Virus record (IMG/VR): IMGVR_UViG_3300048861_000093
Location: 1-31,424 of that record
Source: a virus
Taxonomy: Duplodnaviria; Caudoviricetes
Direction: 5' to 3' (one strand)
Length of the DNA stretch: 31,424 nt
The position numbers and the translations under genes were made by a program. Each line of letters begins with the position of its first letter. The first letter of the stretch is position 1. The notes under the pieces are model-generated. The model had not been told where the DNA came from. It saw only the letters and a program-made list of their open reading frames with translations, and did not search any database. This document shows positions 6,806 through 16,207 of this stretch, one piece after another.

Positions 6806-7318
6806 ATGGCTCGACCTTCCAAACTAACCGACGCTCAGTGGGAGTCGATCGGTAAGCGACTGTTAGCGGGAGAATCCGCAGCGGCACTCTCCCGCGAATT
6901 CGGCGTTAGTAAGGCTGCAATCTCGGTCAGGTTTTCGAAACGCACCGAGGCGGTGAAAACCGTTGCAAAACAGATAGTTGAGACGGAGCGCGCCCTTTCG
7001 TTTCTGAACGTTTCTGAACAAATTGCCGCTCGTTCACTTGCCGACGATTTGAAGGCTATCAGCGAACATCTGGCCGGCGCTGCCCGTTTCGGCGCGGCCA
7101 CCTCTCACCGTCTGGCCGGCATCGCCCATAACAAGGTCGCCGAGATCGACGACGCAAAGCCGCTGAATGAGGAAAGCCTTGCGTCACTGAAGGGGATCGC
7201 AGTGCTGACCCGCATGGCGAATGACGCCAGTGAGATTGGGCTAAACCTTCTGCGCGCAAACAAAGACTCGAATATCGACGACGGCAAGGTAATTATCCAA
7301 GGTGGCCTGCCTGACTAG
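6806..7318 (+). CDS. terS: Terminase small subunit
   Basis: MARPSKLT..W + HTH (AALSREFGVSKAAIS); directly upstream of TerL. Confidence 0.8.
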   Translation: MARPSKLTDAQWESIGKRLLAGESAAALSREFGVSKAAISVRFSKRTEAVKTVAKQIVETERALSFLNVSEQIAARSLADDLKAISEHLAGAARFGAATSHRLAGIAHNKVAEIDDAKPLNEESLASLKGIAVLTRMANDASEIGLNLLRANKDSNIDDGKVIIQGGLPD

Positions 7319-7365
7319 AAGAATGAAGTGAAAGTCGCTGGTACGCGGCAAAGTGAAATCTACTC

Positions 7366-8643
7366 ATGCCCATCATCCAGTTGCCGACTTTGCATGCCGG
7401 TCAGGTCGATATCTACCACGATCGTTCTCGCCTGAATGCGGTGCGTTGCGGGCGTCGTTGGGGAAAGACCAAACAGATGGTCACCATGGCGTGCGATGCC
7501 GCCGCCAAGGGTCGGCTGGTTGGCTTATTCACGCCAGAGCACAAGCAGCTCGACGAGCCGTACGATGAAATAACGGACATTCTTACCCCGATCAAGCGCT
7601 CTTTCGATCGCTCCAAAGGCAAAGTAAGAACGACCACCAAGGGTAAGGTTGATCTTTGGACGCTCAACGATAACGAGTTGGCTGGTCGTGGTCGTGAATA
7701 CGACCTAGTGATGATCGACGAGGCCGCGTTCACGAAGAACGGCCAGATGATGAAGATCTGGGAGCGGTCGATCAAGCCGACGCTTCTGACTCGTCGCGGT
7801 TCTGTGTGGGTGTTCTCAACTCCCAACGGCATTGCTGAAGACAACTTCTTCTACCAGATCTGTCACGATGAAAGTCTTGGCTTCAAGCAGCACCACGCCC
7901 CCACCAGCAGCAACCCGTATGTTCCCGCGGACGAATTAGAACTCGAGCGAGCCAAGAGTCATCCGCTCGTTTTCAAGCAGGAGTTTCTTGCTGAGTTTAT
8001 CGACTGGTCGGGCGTCGCTTTCTTTGAATTCGAAAAGCTAACGGTCGACGGCAAGGGCGTCCCCTTCCCGGCGCATTGTGATGGCGTGTTCGCCGTCATT
8101 GATAGCGCAATGAAGGATGGCAGCGGTAATGACGGCACGGCCGTTGTGTACTGCGCCCTTTCGAAATACACCGGCCATCCTTTGGTGATTCTCGATTGGG
8201 AAATCGTCCAGATTAATTCGGACCTACTTGTTACCTGGTTGCCGAGCGTCATCAAAAACCTCGAGCATCTTGCCAAGGTCACGAAGGCGCGCGCTGGATC
8301 AATTGGGGTGTTTATTGAGGATAAGGCCAGCGGCATCACTCTGAACCAGCACGCCGCGCGCGTTGGTTGGCCGGCGCAACCAATTTCTGGAGACATTACG
8401 AGCATCGGCAAGGACGGTCGAGCCGTGGCGTGTTCGGGCGCGGTGTACCGCGGCGAGGTGAAGATATCCGCCAACGCGCTTGACAAAGTAATGGAATACA
8501 AAGGGCAGACGAAAAACCATCTCGTTTCCCAAGTGGTCGGCTATCGAATTGGCGATAAAGACGCCCACAAGCGCGCAGACGACCTCGCTGATGGCTTCAT
8601 GTACAGCGTAATCATTGGCCTCGGCGGCCCAGATGGATTCTAA
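7366..8643 (+). CDS. terL: Terminase large subunit
   Basis: Walker A CGRRWGKT, Walker B VMIDEAAF, STPNG, nuclease VIDSA / DDLADG. Confidence 0.95.
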   Translation: MPIIQLPTLHAGQVDIYHDRSRLNAVRCGRRWGKTKQMVTMACDAAAKGRLVGLFTPEHKQLDEPYDEITDILTPIKRSFDRSKGKVRTTTKGKVDLWTLNDNELAGRGREYDLVMIDEAAFTKNGQMMKIWERSIKPTLLTRRGSVWVFSTPNGIAEDNFFYQICHDESLGFKQHHAPTSSNPYVPADELELERAKSHPLVFKQEFLAEFIDWSGVAFFEFEKLTVDGKGVPFPAHCDGVFAVIDSAMKDGSGNDGTAVVYCALSKYTGHPLVILDWEIVQINSDLLVTWLPSVIKNLEHLAKVTKARAGSIGVFIEDKASGITLNQHAARVGWPAQPISGDITSIGKDGRAVACSGAVYRGEVKISANALDKVMEYKGQTKNHLVSQVVGYRIGDKDAHKRADDLADGFMYSVIIGLGGPDGF

Positions 8644-10068
8644 ATGAACGATAACAGCACCATCACCGTGGCGGGCTCGACGCTAGGATCGTCGCTGTCC
8701 GAGATCATGATGGCCGACGAAATCGAGCCGGGAAGCGATGTCAGCTACCAACTCGCCAAGCTCATCTATCTGTACCACCCGCTCGGCGCCAAGATGGCGG
8801 AAAAGCCAGTCGAGATGGCCATGAGTCAGCCGCGGATCGTCACGATACCGGGTGCACCAGAGTCGATGGTGAAAGAGGCGTTTGAGGCGGAGTGGGCCTC
8901 CCTGAATGTTGATGGCCATATCTTCAACACGAAGGTTTTGTCCCGCGTCTATGGTGTCGCCTCGCTTGCGTATGGTGCCGAAGGTGTTCCGACGAACCGT
9001 CCGATCGACCCCAAGGATCTGGCCGGTCTGTCTGTCTATTTCAATGTCCTGGACCCACTGAATACCGCGGGCTCGCTCGTTTTGAATCAGGACCCCAATG
9101 CGCCGGACTTTCTGAAGCACGGCGCCATTTCTGTTTCTGGGCAACCCTACCATCGCTCGCGCACTTGTGTGGTGATGAATGAGAATCCGGTCTATCTCGG
9201 ATATACGAACTCGGCGTTTGGTTACGTTGGCCGATCGGTCTATCAGCGCGCCCTCTTCCCGCTGAAGAGTTTCATCCAAAGCCTCATCACAGACGATATG
9301 GTGACGCTCAAAGCGGGCCTGCTCGTCGCGAAAATGAAGGCGCCGGGAAGCATCATTGATAACGCGATGGCGAAGATTGCTGGTTTCAAGCGGCAATTGC
9401 TCAAGGAAGGACGAACAGGAAATGTCCTCAACATCGACATCACTGAGTCGATCGAAACGCTGAATATGCAGAACGCCGACGTCGCCATGACTACGGCCCG
9501 CAAGAACGTGATCGAGAATATCGCATCGGCCGCGAAGATGCCGGCCAAGCTCCTGCTCGAGGAATCCTACGCAGAAGGATTTGGTGAGGGGACAGAGGAC
9601 GCCAAGAATACTGCGCGGTACATCAGTGGCATCCGCAAGGAAATGCGGCCGCTGTATGACTTCTTCGATCCGATCGTGATGCGGAGAGCCTGGAATCCAG
9701 AGTTTTATAAACGCGTGCAGGCGGAGTTCCCGCAGTATGAAGACGTCCCTTATACGAAGGCGCTGTATGACTGGATTAATGCCTTCCATACTGAGTGGCC
9801 AAATCTGCTCGAGGAACCAGAGTCAGAGAAAGCGAAGACCGACGACATCAAGCTGAAGTCGATCATCGCGATGATGGAAGTCCTGTTGCCGGAGATGGAC
9901 CCCGAAAACAAGACTCGCCTGATTGATTGGGCTGCGGACAATTTCAATGAATGCAAGACGCTGCTTCAGCATCCGTTGATGATCGATCTGGATGCACTCC
10001 GTGACTACGTGCCGCCTCAACCTCCTCCTGCCGCCTCAGAGCCAGCGCCATTTAGCGCAGAATCCTGA
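8644..10068 (+). CDS. Portal protein (DUF1073-like)
   Basis: Follows TerL, 474 aa, SRVYG, GRSV, IASAAKMPAKLL..GF..G..D pattern. Confidence 0.88.
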   Translation: MNDNSTITVAGSTLGSSLSEIMMADEIEPGSDVSYQLAKLIYLYHPLGAKMAEKPVEMAMSQPRIVTIPGAPESMVKEAFEAEWASLNVDGHIFNTKVLSRVYGVASLAYGAEGVPTNRPIDPKDLAGLSVYFNVLDPLNTAGSLVLNQDPNAPDFLKHGAISVSGQPYHRSRTCVVMNENPVYLGYTNSAFGYVGRSVYQRALFPLKSFIQSLITDDMVTLKAGLLVAKMKAPGSIIDNAMAKIAGFKRQLLKEGRTGNVLNIDITESIETLNMQNADVAMTTARKNVIENIASAAKMPAKLLLEESYAEGFGEGTEDAKNTARYISGIRKEMRPLYDFFDPIVMRRAWNPEFYKRVQAEFPQYEDVPYTKALYDWINAFHTEWPNLLEEPESEKAKTDDIKLKSIIAMMEVLLPEMDPENKTRLIDWAADNFNECKTLLQHPLMIDLDALRDYVPPQPPPAASEPAPFSAES

Positions 10069-10874
10069 TGAATTCCTTCTACCAGACGATTCAGGCGGCA
10101 ATCAGCGATATTGAGGAGCACGGTTACGACAGTGCTGCTCGTATAGATGGCTGGCTTCAGCGAATCGAACAGGCTGCCAAAGACTCGTCCACCCCGCCTC
10201 ACGTCGCATTTGAGGCGATGAACCGTACGATGCATGGCATATACAGCCGCATGGTTGACGGCGGCGGCTACACACAGGTGCACAAGGGAATATCCAGATT
10301 CACCGTCGATCGACTGAAACCAAAGCTGCGCGCGGAGTTGGATCGACGGCTGATGGCAAACGCCAATTTGATCAAGTTGAATCGCGATCAGATGATTGAC
10401 CAGACGCGGCGACGGTTTATGGGATGGGCAACGTCAGTTCCTGCTGGCGGTAGTCGATCAGTCGACAAGATGGGCGTGAAGGCCGATCTTAAGAAGGCAT
10501 TTTCCACCCTTCCGTACGAAGAGCGCCGAGTCCTGATTGATCAGGGGCACAAACTCGCCAGCGAGCTGAACAATATCATCGCCGTGGATGGCGGTGCGAT
10601 TGCGGGAGAGTGGCATAGCCACTGGCGTCAGCCCGGATACAACTACGATCCGGCTCACAAGCGGCTAGACGGAAAGATCTTTGTTGTCCGCGCCAATTGG
10701 GCCATCGAAAAAGGCCTGATGACGAAAGGCGATGGCTATATCGACGACAACGAGCGTCCTGCTGAGCGCCCTTTCTGTCGATGCCAATATCGATACATCT
10801 ACAACCTTCGGGACCTACCCGATGCACTTTTAACGGAAAAGGGACGAAAGGCCCTCTCCTCCGCGCAGACATAA
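10068..10874 (+). CDS. Head morphogenesis protein (MuF/SPP1 gp7-like)
   Basis: LIDQGHKL, WHSHW, H..LDGK, PAERPFCRC; follows portal. Confidence 0.85.
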   Translation: MNSFYQTIQAAISDIEEHGYDSAARIDGWLQRIEQAAKDSSTPPHVAFEAMNRTMHGIYSRMVDGGGYTQVHKGISRFTVDRLKPKLRAELDRRLMANANLIKLNRDQMIDQTRRRFMGWATSVPAGGSRSVDKMGVKADLKKAFSTLPYEERRVLIDQGHKLASELNNIIAVDGGAIAGEWHSHWRQPGYNYDPAHKRLDGKIFVVRANWAIEKGLMTKGDGYIDDNERPAERPFCRCQYRYIYNLRDLPDALLTEKGRKALSSAQT

Positions 10875-10877
10875 CCT

Positions 10878-12716
10878 ATGCCAGCCATTAGCGAAAAACA
10901 GGAGCGTGCCATGCGTGCCGCTGCTGAGGGGCATAGCACACTCGGAATTCCACAAAAAGTGGGCAATGAATTTGTCGCTGCCGACGATTCATTGATCGCG
11001 GCGGCCGGGATCGCCTTTATCGCCAACGGGAAAGTCTTGCTTCTCAAGCGTGGTGACGGTGGAGACTATCCGGGCCATTGGTCCTTTCCCGGCGGCAAAC
11101 AGGAATTGGGCGAAACGCCAGAGCAAGCGGCCATCCGAGAGTGCGTCGAAGAAACCGGCTATCTGCCGACCGGCGGTCTCCGACCTCTTTCATTTTCAGA
11201 TGACGGACGCGTCGCATTCACAACGCTAGGAAAGGCCGTCGCGGAGTTCGAACCTACATTGTGCGATGAGAATACCGACTATGTCTGGGCGGAGGCGGGG
11301 GAATATCCCGAGCCGCTGCACCCTGGGGTCCAGATAACGCTTGAATCGGGAATTCTCGATACGATCAACCCGCTCAAGATGGACGAGTTGGAGTTGGCTC
11401 GCGCTATGGCGATGGGTGAACTTGAGTCGCCCCAGAAATACGTCAACGTCTGGCTTTTTAATATCCGCATCACTGGTACAGGTGTCGCCTACCGCTCGGC
11501 GCATAAGGAATTCGTTTTCCGGAACCCGGAGTTGTACCTGAACGATGATTTTCTGGCGCGATGCAATGGCCTCCAGGTCGTGTGTGAGCATCCCGAAAAA
11601 TCGTCGCTCGATTCGAAAGAATTCACCGAGCGATCAATCGGATCGATTTTCCTGCCCTATCTTAAACCAGAAGAAAAAGAGGTTTGGGGCATCGCAAAGA
11701 TTTACGACGAAACGGCAGCCGGTCTCATGGAGAAGTATCAACTCTCCACATCCCCTACCGTGGTTTTTCGTGACCCCGCAGTAAATAGCACCATCAAGCT
11801 TGAGGATGGTGAATCCCTCTTGATTGAGGGAAAACCAAGCCTGCTCGACCATGTAGCGATTTGCATACAGGGCGTGTGGGACAAGGGCGGCCCGCCGTCA
11901 GGCGTTTCCACCAACAACGTTCAGGAAATTCAAATGACTGAAGATGAACTGAAGGCCAAGGCGGACGCCGAGGCGAAAGAGGCCGAAGCGAAAGCAAAGG
12001 CTGACAGTGAGGCAAAGGCGAAGGTCGATGCCGATGAGAAGCTTTCGAAGTTCATGGATAGCGTGATGCAGCGCATGGACTCGATTGAGGCCAGCATGAA
12101 GGCGAAGGCTGATGCAGATCTGCCGGCGCAAACTGCAGCCGACAAGGCCAAGGCTGATGCTGAGGCCAAAGAGAAGGAAGAGGCTGAGGCAAAAGCCAAG
12201 GCTGACGCCGAGGAAGAAGAAACGCGCAAGGAAGAAGAAGCGAAGGCCAAGGCCGACGCGGAAGAAACGCGCAAGAAGATTGCCGATCTGGAAGCGCGCA
12301 TGCCGAAGGAGTTGTCGGATTCGGATTATGCAGAAATGGCCGATGCGCAGGCGAAGGCCGACAGCGTCTTCAGCGCGTTCGGCGACGCAGCACCGCGCCC
12401 CCTCCGCGGCGAGAATCTGTTGTCATATCGCAAGCGTCTTGCCACGCAACTGAAAACGCACAGCCCGAACTGGAAATCGGTCGACATCAACGACCTGCCA
12501 GCCGCCGCAGTCGAGATCGCCGAAAAGCAGATCTATGCAGATGCCGTCGCGGCGTCCGCACATCCCACTGACCTTCCTGCTGGCTCGTTGCGCGCCATCG
12601 AGAAGAAAGATAGCAACGGCCAACTCGTTCGCACTTTCGTGGGTGACCCGAACGCCTGGATGGGCGACTTCAAGACCATTCCGATGAAGCAGGTCGGTAT
12701 TTCGAAAGGGAACTAA
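10878..12716 (+). CDS. NUDIX hydrolase fused to prohead protease (DUF2213-like) and scaffold
   Basis: Nudix box GGKQELGETPEQAAIRECVEETGY; CEHP, LSTSP, DHVAIC protease-like motifs; acidic KAKADAE coiled coil. Confidence 0.85.
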   Translation: MPAISEKQERAMRAAAEGHSTLGIPQKVGNEFVAADDSLIAAAGIAFIANGKVLLLKRGDGGDYPGHWSFPGGKQELGETPEQAAIRECVEETGYLPTGGLRPLSFSDDGRVAFTTLGKAVAEFEPTLCDENTDYVWAEAGEYPEPLHPGVQITLESGILDTINPLKMDELELARAMAMGELESPQKYVNVWLFNIRITGTGVAYRSAHKEFVFRNPELYLNDDFLARCNGLQVVCEHPEKSSLDSKEFTERSIGSIFLPYLKPEEKEVWGIAKIYDETAAGLMEKYQLSTSPTVVFRDPAVNSTIKLEDGESLLIEGKPSLLDHVAICIQGVWDKGGPPSGVSTNNVQEIQMTEDELKAKADAEAKEAEAKAKADSEAKAKVDADEKLSKFMDSVMQRMDSIEASMKAKADADLPAQTAADKAKADAEAKEKEEAEAKAKADAEEEETRKEEEAKAKADAEETRKKIADLEARMPKELSDSDYAEMADAQAKADSVFSAFGDAAPRPLRGENLLSYRKRLATQLKTHSPNWKSVDINDLPAAAVEIAEKQIYADAVAASAHPTDLPAGSLRAIEKKDSNGQLVRTFVGDPNAWMGDFKTIPMKQVGISKGN

Positions 12717-12719
12717 GGA

Positions 12720-13601
12720 ATGAGCAACTTCGTCTCGTTTAACCCGATGCTGACGACGAACGCTGCTGGTTCGTTCTCTGTTCAATCGGAAGGCTATGTC
12801 CAGGGCACCGCGCTCGATGACCCGGCGATCCGCTACCAACTCGCAAACGGCGTGCTTGCGCAGACCGAATCGCTCCCGATGTGGGGCGGTGTGGCGCTCT
12901 TCGAAAACATGCCGAATCCCGGATTTGGCAATGTGACCGGGCCGAACGTTGGCCGTGCAACGGCACAAGCCAATCTGACCGGCTTCAGTGTCTTCAACCA
13001 GGGCCACGCGATGGTCAACTGGCCGCAGAACAAGGTGCCCATCGTTGGACAGGGCGGCACGGTGCCGTTCTTCCGGCTGGGCTCGAACGCACGCATTCCG
13101 GTTGCTTGCGATCCTTCGCTGGTTTCACTGTCTGGGGGCCTGATCAATCAGCAGGTCTCGTGGGACTTCAACAATCAGGTCCTGCAGCCGTACGACGCGT
13201 CGACCGCAACGGTTTCGATCACCTCGCAAACCGCAACATTCGCAAACGGCGTGTGGACAGTCGCAGTCGTGACGGCTGCAGCATCGCTCGTTGGCGCAGT
13301 TGGTGACTCGATCAATATCTCCGGCGCCACGAACACCGGCACTGGCGGCGCATCGCTTGTCAACGGAAACCAGATCGTTACCTCGTTCACCGACAACCAG
13401 CATTTCAGCTATCAGGTCACGGCTCCGGCCGGCGCTGTCGGCACGATCGCTGGTACACAGGTCCTGAATCAGGGCGTCGGCGCGCTGAATGTCAAGGTGC
13501 TGGAAATCAACCAGGGCAACAGCAAGGTCGTTGTCTGGAACCAGTCACTGCTGACGGCGAACTGGAATCTCACGGGCACCGTTGCCCTCATTCAAATTTA
13601 A
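12720..13601 (+). CDS. Capsid decoration/minor head protein with inserted beta domain
   Basis: Between scaffold and capsid; PMWGGVAL, FFRLGSNARIPVACD; G/T/V-rich. Confidence 0.7.
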   Translation: MSNFVSFNPMLTTNAAGSFSVQSEGYVQGTALDDPAIRYQLANGVLAQTESLPMWGGVALFENMPNPGFGNVTGPNVGRATAQANLTGFSVFNQGHAMVNWPQNKVPIVGQGGTVPFFRLGSNARIPVACDPSLVSLSGGLINQQVSWDFNNQVLQPYDASTATVSITSQTATFANGVWTVAVVTAAASLVGAVGDSINISGATNTGTGGASLVNGNQIVTSFTDNQHFSYQVTAPAGAVGTIAGTQVLNQGVGALNVKVLEINQGNSKVVVWNQSLLTANWNLTGTVALIQI

Positions 13602-13610
13602 GGGGCAGAA

Positions 13611-14627
13611 ATGGCTAACGTCGCATCCAGTTATGTCATCCAGAACCCGTCGTATATCGTTCCCGAAATCCTGACGCAGTATCAGCAGGCATCCGGTGCA
13701 TTCGAAGTACTGGCGGGCGGCGATCCGATGGTTCGCCTGAGCGATGGCGACCTTCAGGTCTACATCAAGCATCTCGACATCCGCTCGAAGGTGAATGGCG
13801 GTCAATCGGCCGGCAATCTTCTGCCGGGCGTGTCGGTTACGACCGACATGATCAGCACGCCGACGTACCTTCTGCGCGTTCGCGCTGAATATGATCACCA
13901 CGACACGGCTGCAATGGGTCGCTGGGGTATCTCGATCGTCGAAGCTCAACGTCTCGGCATGCGCCAAGGCATCTTCCAGCAACTTCGCGGCGGCCTGCTT
14001 CAGGGGTTCACGCCCGCCAACGGGGAGGGCCTGCTCAACACGCAAGGGGCAACCACGCTGAACCTGCCGGCAGACTCGAACGGCAATACGCAGGTCAGCA
14101 CCTACGATAGCGGCCAACTCGGTCAGTTCATCCTGAACCAGATCGCCGCCGTCAAAGTCCGCACGATGCAGGTGGGCATCCCTGTTCGGGTGACGATTCT
14201 GACCACGCAGCGGGTCATGACGCAACTGTCGTATCAGATCGTTCAACTCACGCAGTTCCAGCGTGCAGGTGCCGGTTCGGCATCGCCGGCAACCGTGGTT
14301 GATACGGCGGCTGGATGGAACGGTGACGAGATCCTGTGGGTCACTGACGACACGCTCGTGGGCAAGGGCGCGGGCGGTTCGGACGTCATCCTGATTACCG
14401 TTCCGGAAGTCAAGAAGCCGATCGCGAACAAGATCAACACGAACGAATTCGCGAAGATCACCCCGGGGCTCGCCGCATGTAACCTCCAGTACATGGACAT
14501 GGCTGCTCCGCGCGAACTGCCTTGCCCGCTTCCCGGTGGCGCAATCGACATCACGTCGGAGCTGCGTGCCACTTCGGGCTGGGGCGTACGTCCCGAAGCG
14601 TTGAGCATCATTTCGGCACCGTACTGA
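13611..14627 (+). CDS. Major capsid protein
   Basis: 338 aa, strong RBS, GLLN motif, followed by terminator; position. Confidence 0.85.
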   Translation: MANVASSYVIQNPSYIVPEILTQYQQASGAFEVLAGGDPMVRLSDGDLQVYIKHLDIRSKVNGGQSAGNLLPGVSVTTDMISTPTYLLRVRAEYDHHDTAAMGRWGISIVEAQRLGMRQGIFQQLRGGLLQGFTPANGEGLLNTQGATTLNLPADSNGNTQVSTYDSGQLGQFILNQIAAVKVRTMQVGIPVRVTILTTQRVMTQLSYQIVQLTQFQRAGAGSASPATVVDTAAGWNGDEILWVTDDTLVGKGAGGSDVILITVPEVKKPIANKINTNEFAKITPGLAACNLQYMDMAAPRELPCPLPGGAIDITSELRATSGWGVRPEALSIISAPY

Positions 14628-14648
14628 GCCGGAAGGTAGTAAGCGAAC

Positions 14649-14673
14649 AAAGGGCGCCTTAGGCGCTTTTTTT
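14649..14673 (+). terminator. Intrinsic terminator after capsid gene
   Basis: GGGCGCC-TTA-GGCGCTT-TTTTT. Confidence 0.8.
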
Positions 14674-14681
14674 ACGTCTGT

Positions 14682-14735
14682 GCTGCGGCTAGGTGCCGGA
14701 ACCGAAAGCTCGTCCCCTGTGCGAGTTGCCGCAGC
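14682..14735 (+). ncRNA. IsrK-like structured RNA (candidate)
   Basis: Outer stem GCTGCGGC/GCCGCAGC, GCGGCTAGG..CCGAAAG signature, two inner hairpins, loop complementary to downstream TACAGGG. Confidence 0.6.
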
Positions 14736-14788
14736 CTTTCATACAGGGAAACAGAGGCCCGAGGCCTTTTCTTTTACAGGGAAAGAGC

Positions 14789-15289
14789 ATGACCAAGCTA
14801 TACATCGCAAATTGCACGAAACAGCGCCACGAGTTCATCTACAGGGCGCCCGAGCAGAAAAATCCGGTCACGCAGGTGATTGAGATCGGTTCGCAGATCA
14901 TGGTCTGGAAAAATGATCCGCGAGATGTCCTGCTTAACATCGTCGATCAGCATGCCCACTTCGGCCTGATCGCCGTCGCCGACATCGATCGCACCAAGCA
15001 TTTTGTCGGGATGTGCTACCAGTTCGACAAGCCGATCGACGTGAACAAGATTATGTATACCGTCGAGAATAACGACTCCGTTCTGGAGCAACGTGCGCTC
15101 GAGGCACGAAAAGAGGCTGCGCAGGTCATCAGCCATTCGCTTAGCCAGGTCGCAGCGGATAGCGGCAATGGTCTGAACTCTGTAGACGTGGAGATCAAGG
15201 AACTCGCGCCGCAAGGCAAAGAGGCAAACTTCTCCGAAACCATCACGGTTGAAAGCCGCGGTCGCGGTCGCCCACGCAGGAATAGCTAA
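14789..15289 (+). CDS. Conserved-looking head-associated hypothetical protein
   Basis: MTKLYIANCTKQ...; C-terminal RGRGRPRR; ATG14789 preferred to GTG14693. Confidence 0.75.
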   Translation: MTKLYIANCTKQRHEFIYRAPEQKNPVTQVIEIGSQIMVWKNDPRDVLLNIVDQHAHFGLIAVADIDRTKHFVGMCYQFDKPIDVNKIMYTVENNDSVLEQRALEARKEAAQVISHSLSQVAADSGNGLNSVDVEIKELAPQGKEANFSETITVESRGRGRPRRNS

Positions 15290-15760
15290 ATGGTCACGCT
15301 TGCCGGATTCATGTCGTTCATTCGCGACAACATGCAGATTCCAGCATCTGCCCTGCCCGATGGTTCGTATTCGATCCTGATGGCGCTGGCAATTTCGGAA
15401 AGCATTGTGAATCCGGCGCTCAAGGTCGTCGGGCCATGTGGCAGCAATTCGTTAGGCTACACCGGTCCAAGCATCTACGATCTGGCGGTCTATAACCTGG
15501 CCGGCGATAACCTGATTAACTTCGCGAGCGACGTTCCGGGCGGGACGTTCTTCGCAACCGCACGCCAGGGATACGGTTTGAATTCCTTCGTTGCCGGCGT
15601 TGTTTCGTCGACTTCCGATAACGGCACGGGCGAATCAATGACCGTGCCCGACTCCCTCAAAGACCTTACGCTCCAGAACTTGCAGAGTCTGAAAACGCCG
15701 TGGGGGCGACAATACCTCTACTTTGCGCAGGCATACGGCACGCTCTGGGGCTTATCGTGA
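15290..15760 (+). CDS. Head-tail adaptor (DUF4054-like)
   Basis: AVYNLA, GVVSSTSD, TPWGRQYL motif. Confidence 0.75.
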   Translation: MVTLAGFMSFIRDNMQIPASALPDGSYSILMALAISESIVNPALKVVGPCGSNSLGYTGPSIYDLAVYNLAGDNLINFASDVPGGTFFATARQGYGLNSFVAGVVSSTSDNGTGESMTVPDSLKDLTLQNLQSLKTPWGRQYLYFAQAYGTLWGLS

Positions 15761-16206
15761 AGATCCATCTCGGTGTGGTTGATATTCCCTATCAACAGTT
15801 CTCGATGGGGCCCACCAGGAATGGCAAGGTCGAACATCAAACAACAGGTGACGTCGCAGAGTGGCTGGAAGATCGGTATGGCGTGATGGAGCATTTCGTC
15901 GACCTGCACGGCGACGAGATTGCGAAGTCCATCGAGAGTTCGCTGGCAGGTGCGCTAGAGAGTCTTGCAACGGGCGCTCCAGCTCGCCTGAATCCGTTCG
16001 GCACAGCGATGAGTGATATCGAAACCCTGTTCAAATTCACGTACCTGGACAAGGAAGAGATCACGAAGACTGGCGCGCAAGGCGTCCCGACTGCTGCGGC
16101 GAAGAAAGGCGTGAATCACCGCCTCAAACTGAATAAAGGCCCCAAGCGGCCATCATTCATCGATACCGGCCAGTATCAGGCCACCATGAAGGCGTGGACG
16201 GACTGA
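15757..16206 (+). CDS. Neck/tail completion protein
   Basis: GTGA overlap; RPSFIDTGQY motif. Confidence 0.7.
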   Translation: MKIHLGVVDIPYQQFSMGPTRNGKVEHQTTGDVAEWLEDRYGVMEHFVDLHGDEIAKSIESSLAGALESLATGAPARLNPFGTAMSDIETLFKFTYLDKEEITKTGAQGVPTAAAKKGVNHRLKLNKGPKRPSFIDTGQYQATMKAWTD

Positions 16207-16207
16207 G

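Noticed and set aside
8683-9789. Long antisense ORFs (e.g. 368 aa here, also 17122-18057, 21059-21844)
   Set aside because: Shadows of GC-biased sense genes; no motifs or RBS
8644-10068. Anti-CBASS Acb1 activity sometimes attached to this portal family name
   Set aside because: No extra domain or paired HxT/S motifs seen; length fits a plain portal
11950-12270. CRISPR-like or tandem DNA repeats (AAGGCCAAGGC..GACG)
   Set aside because: Degenerate coding repeats of KAKADAE with no constant repeat-spacer period
14693-14788. ORF-track upstream starts (14693; likewise 100, 777, 2356, 15700, 17161, 25711)
   Set aside because: They run through RNA structures, terminators or upstream genes; downstream starts have an RBS or stop-start overlap
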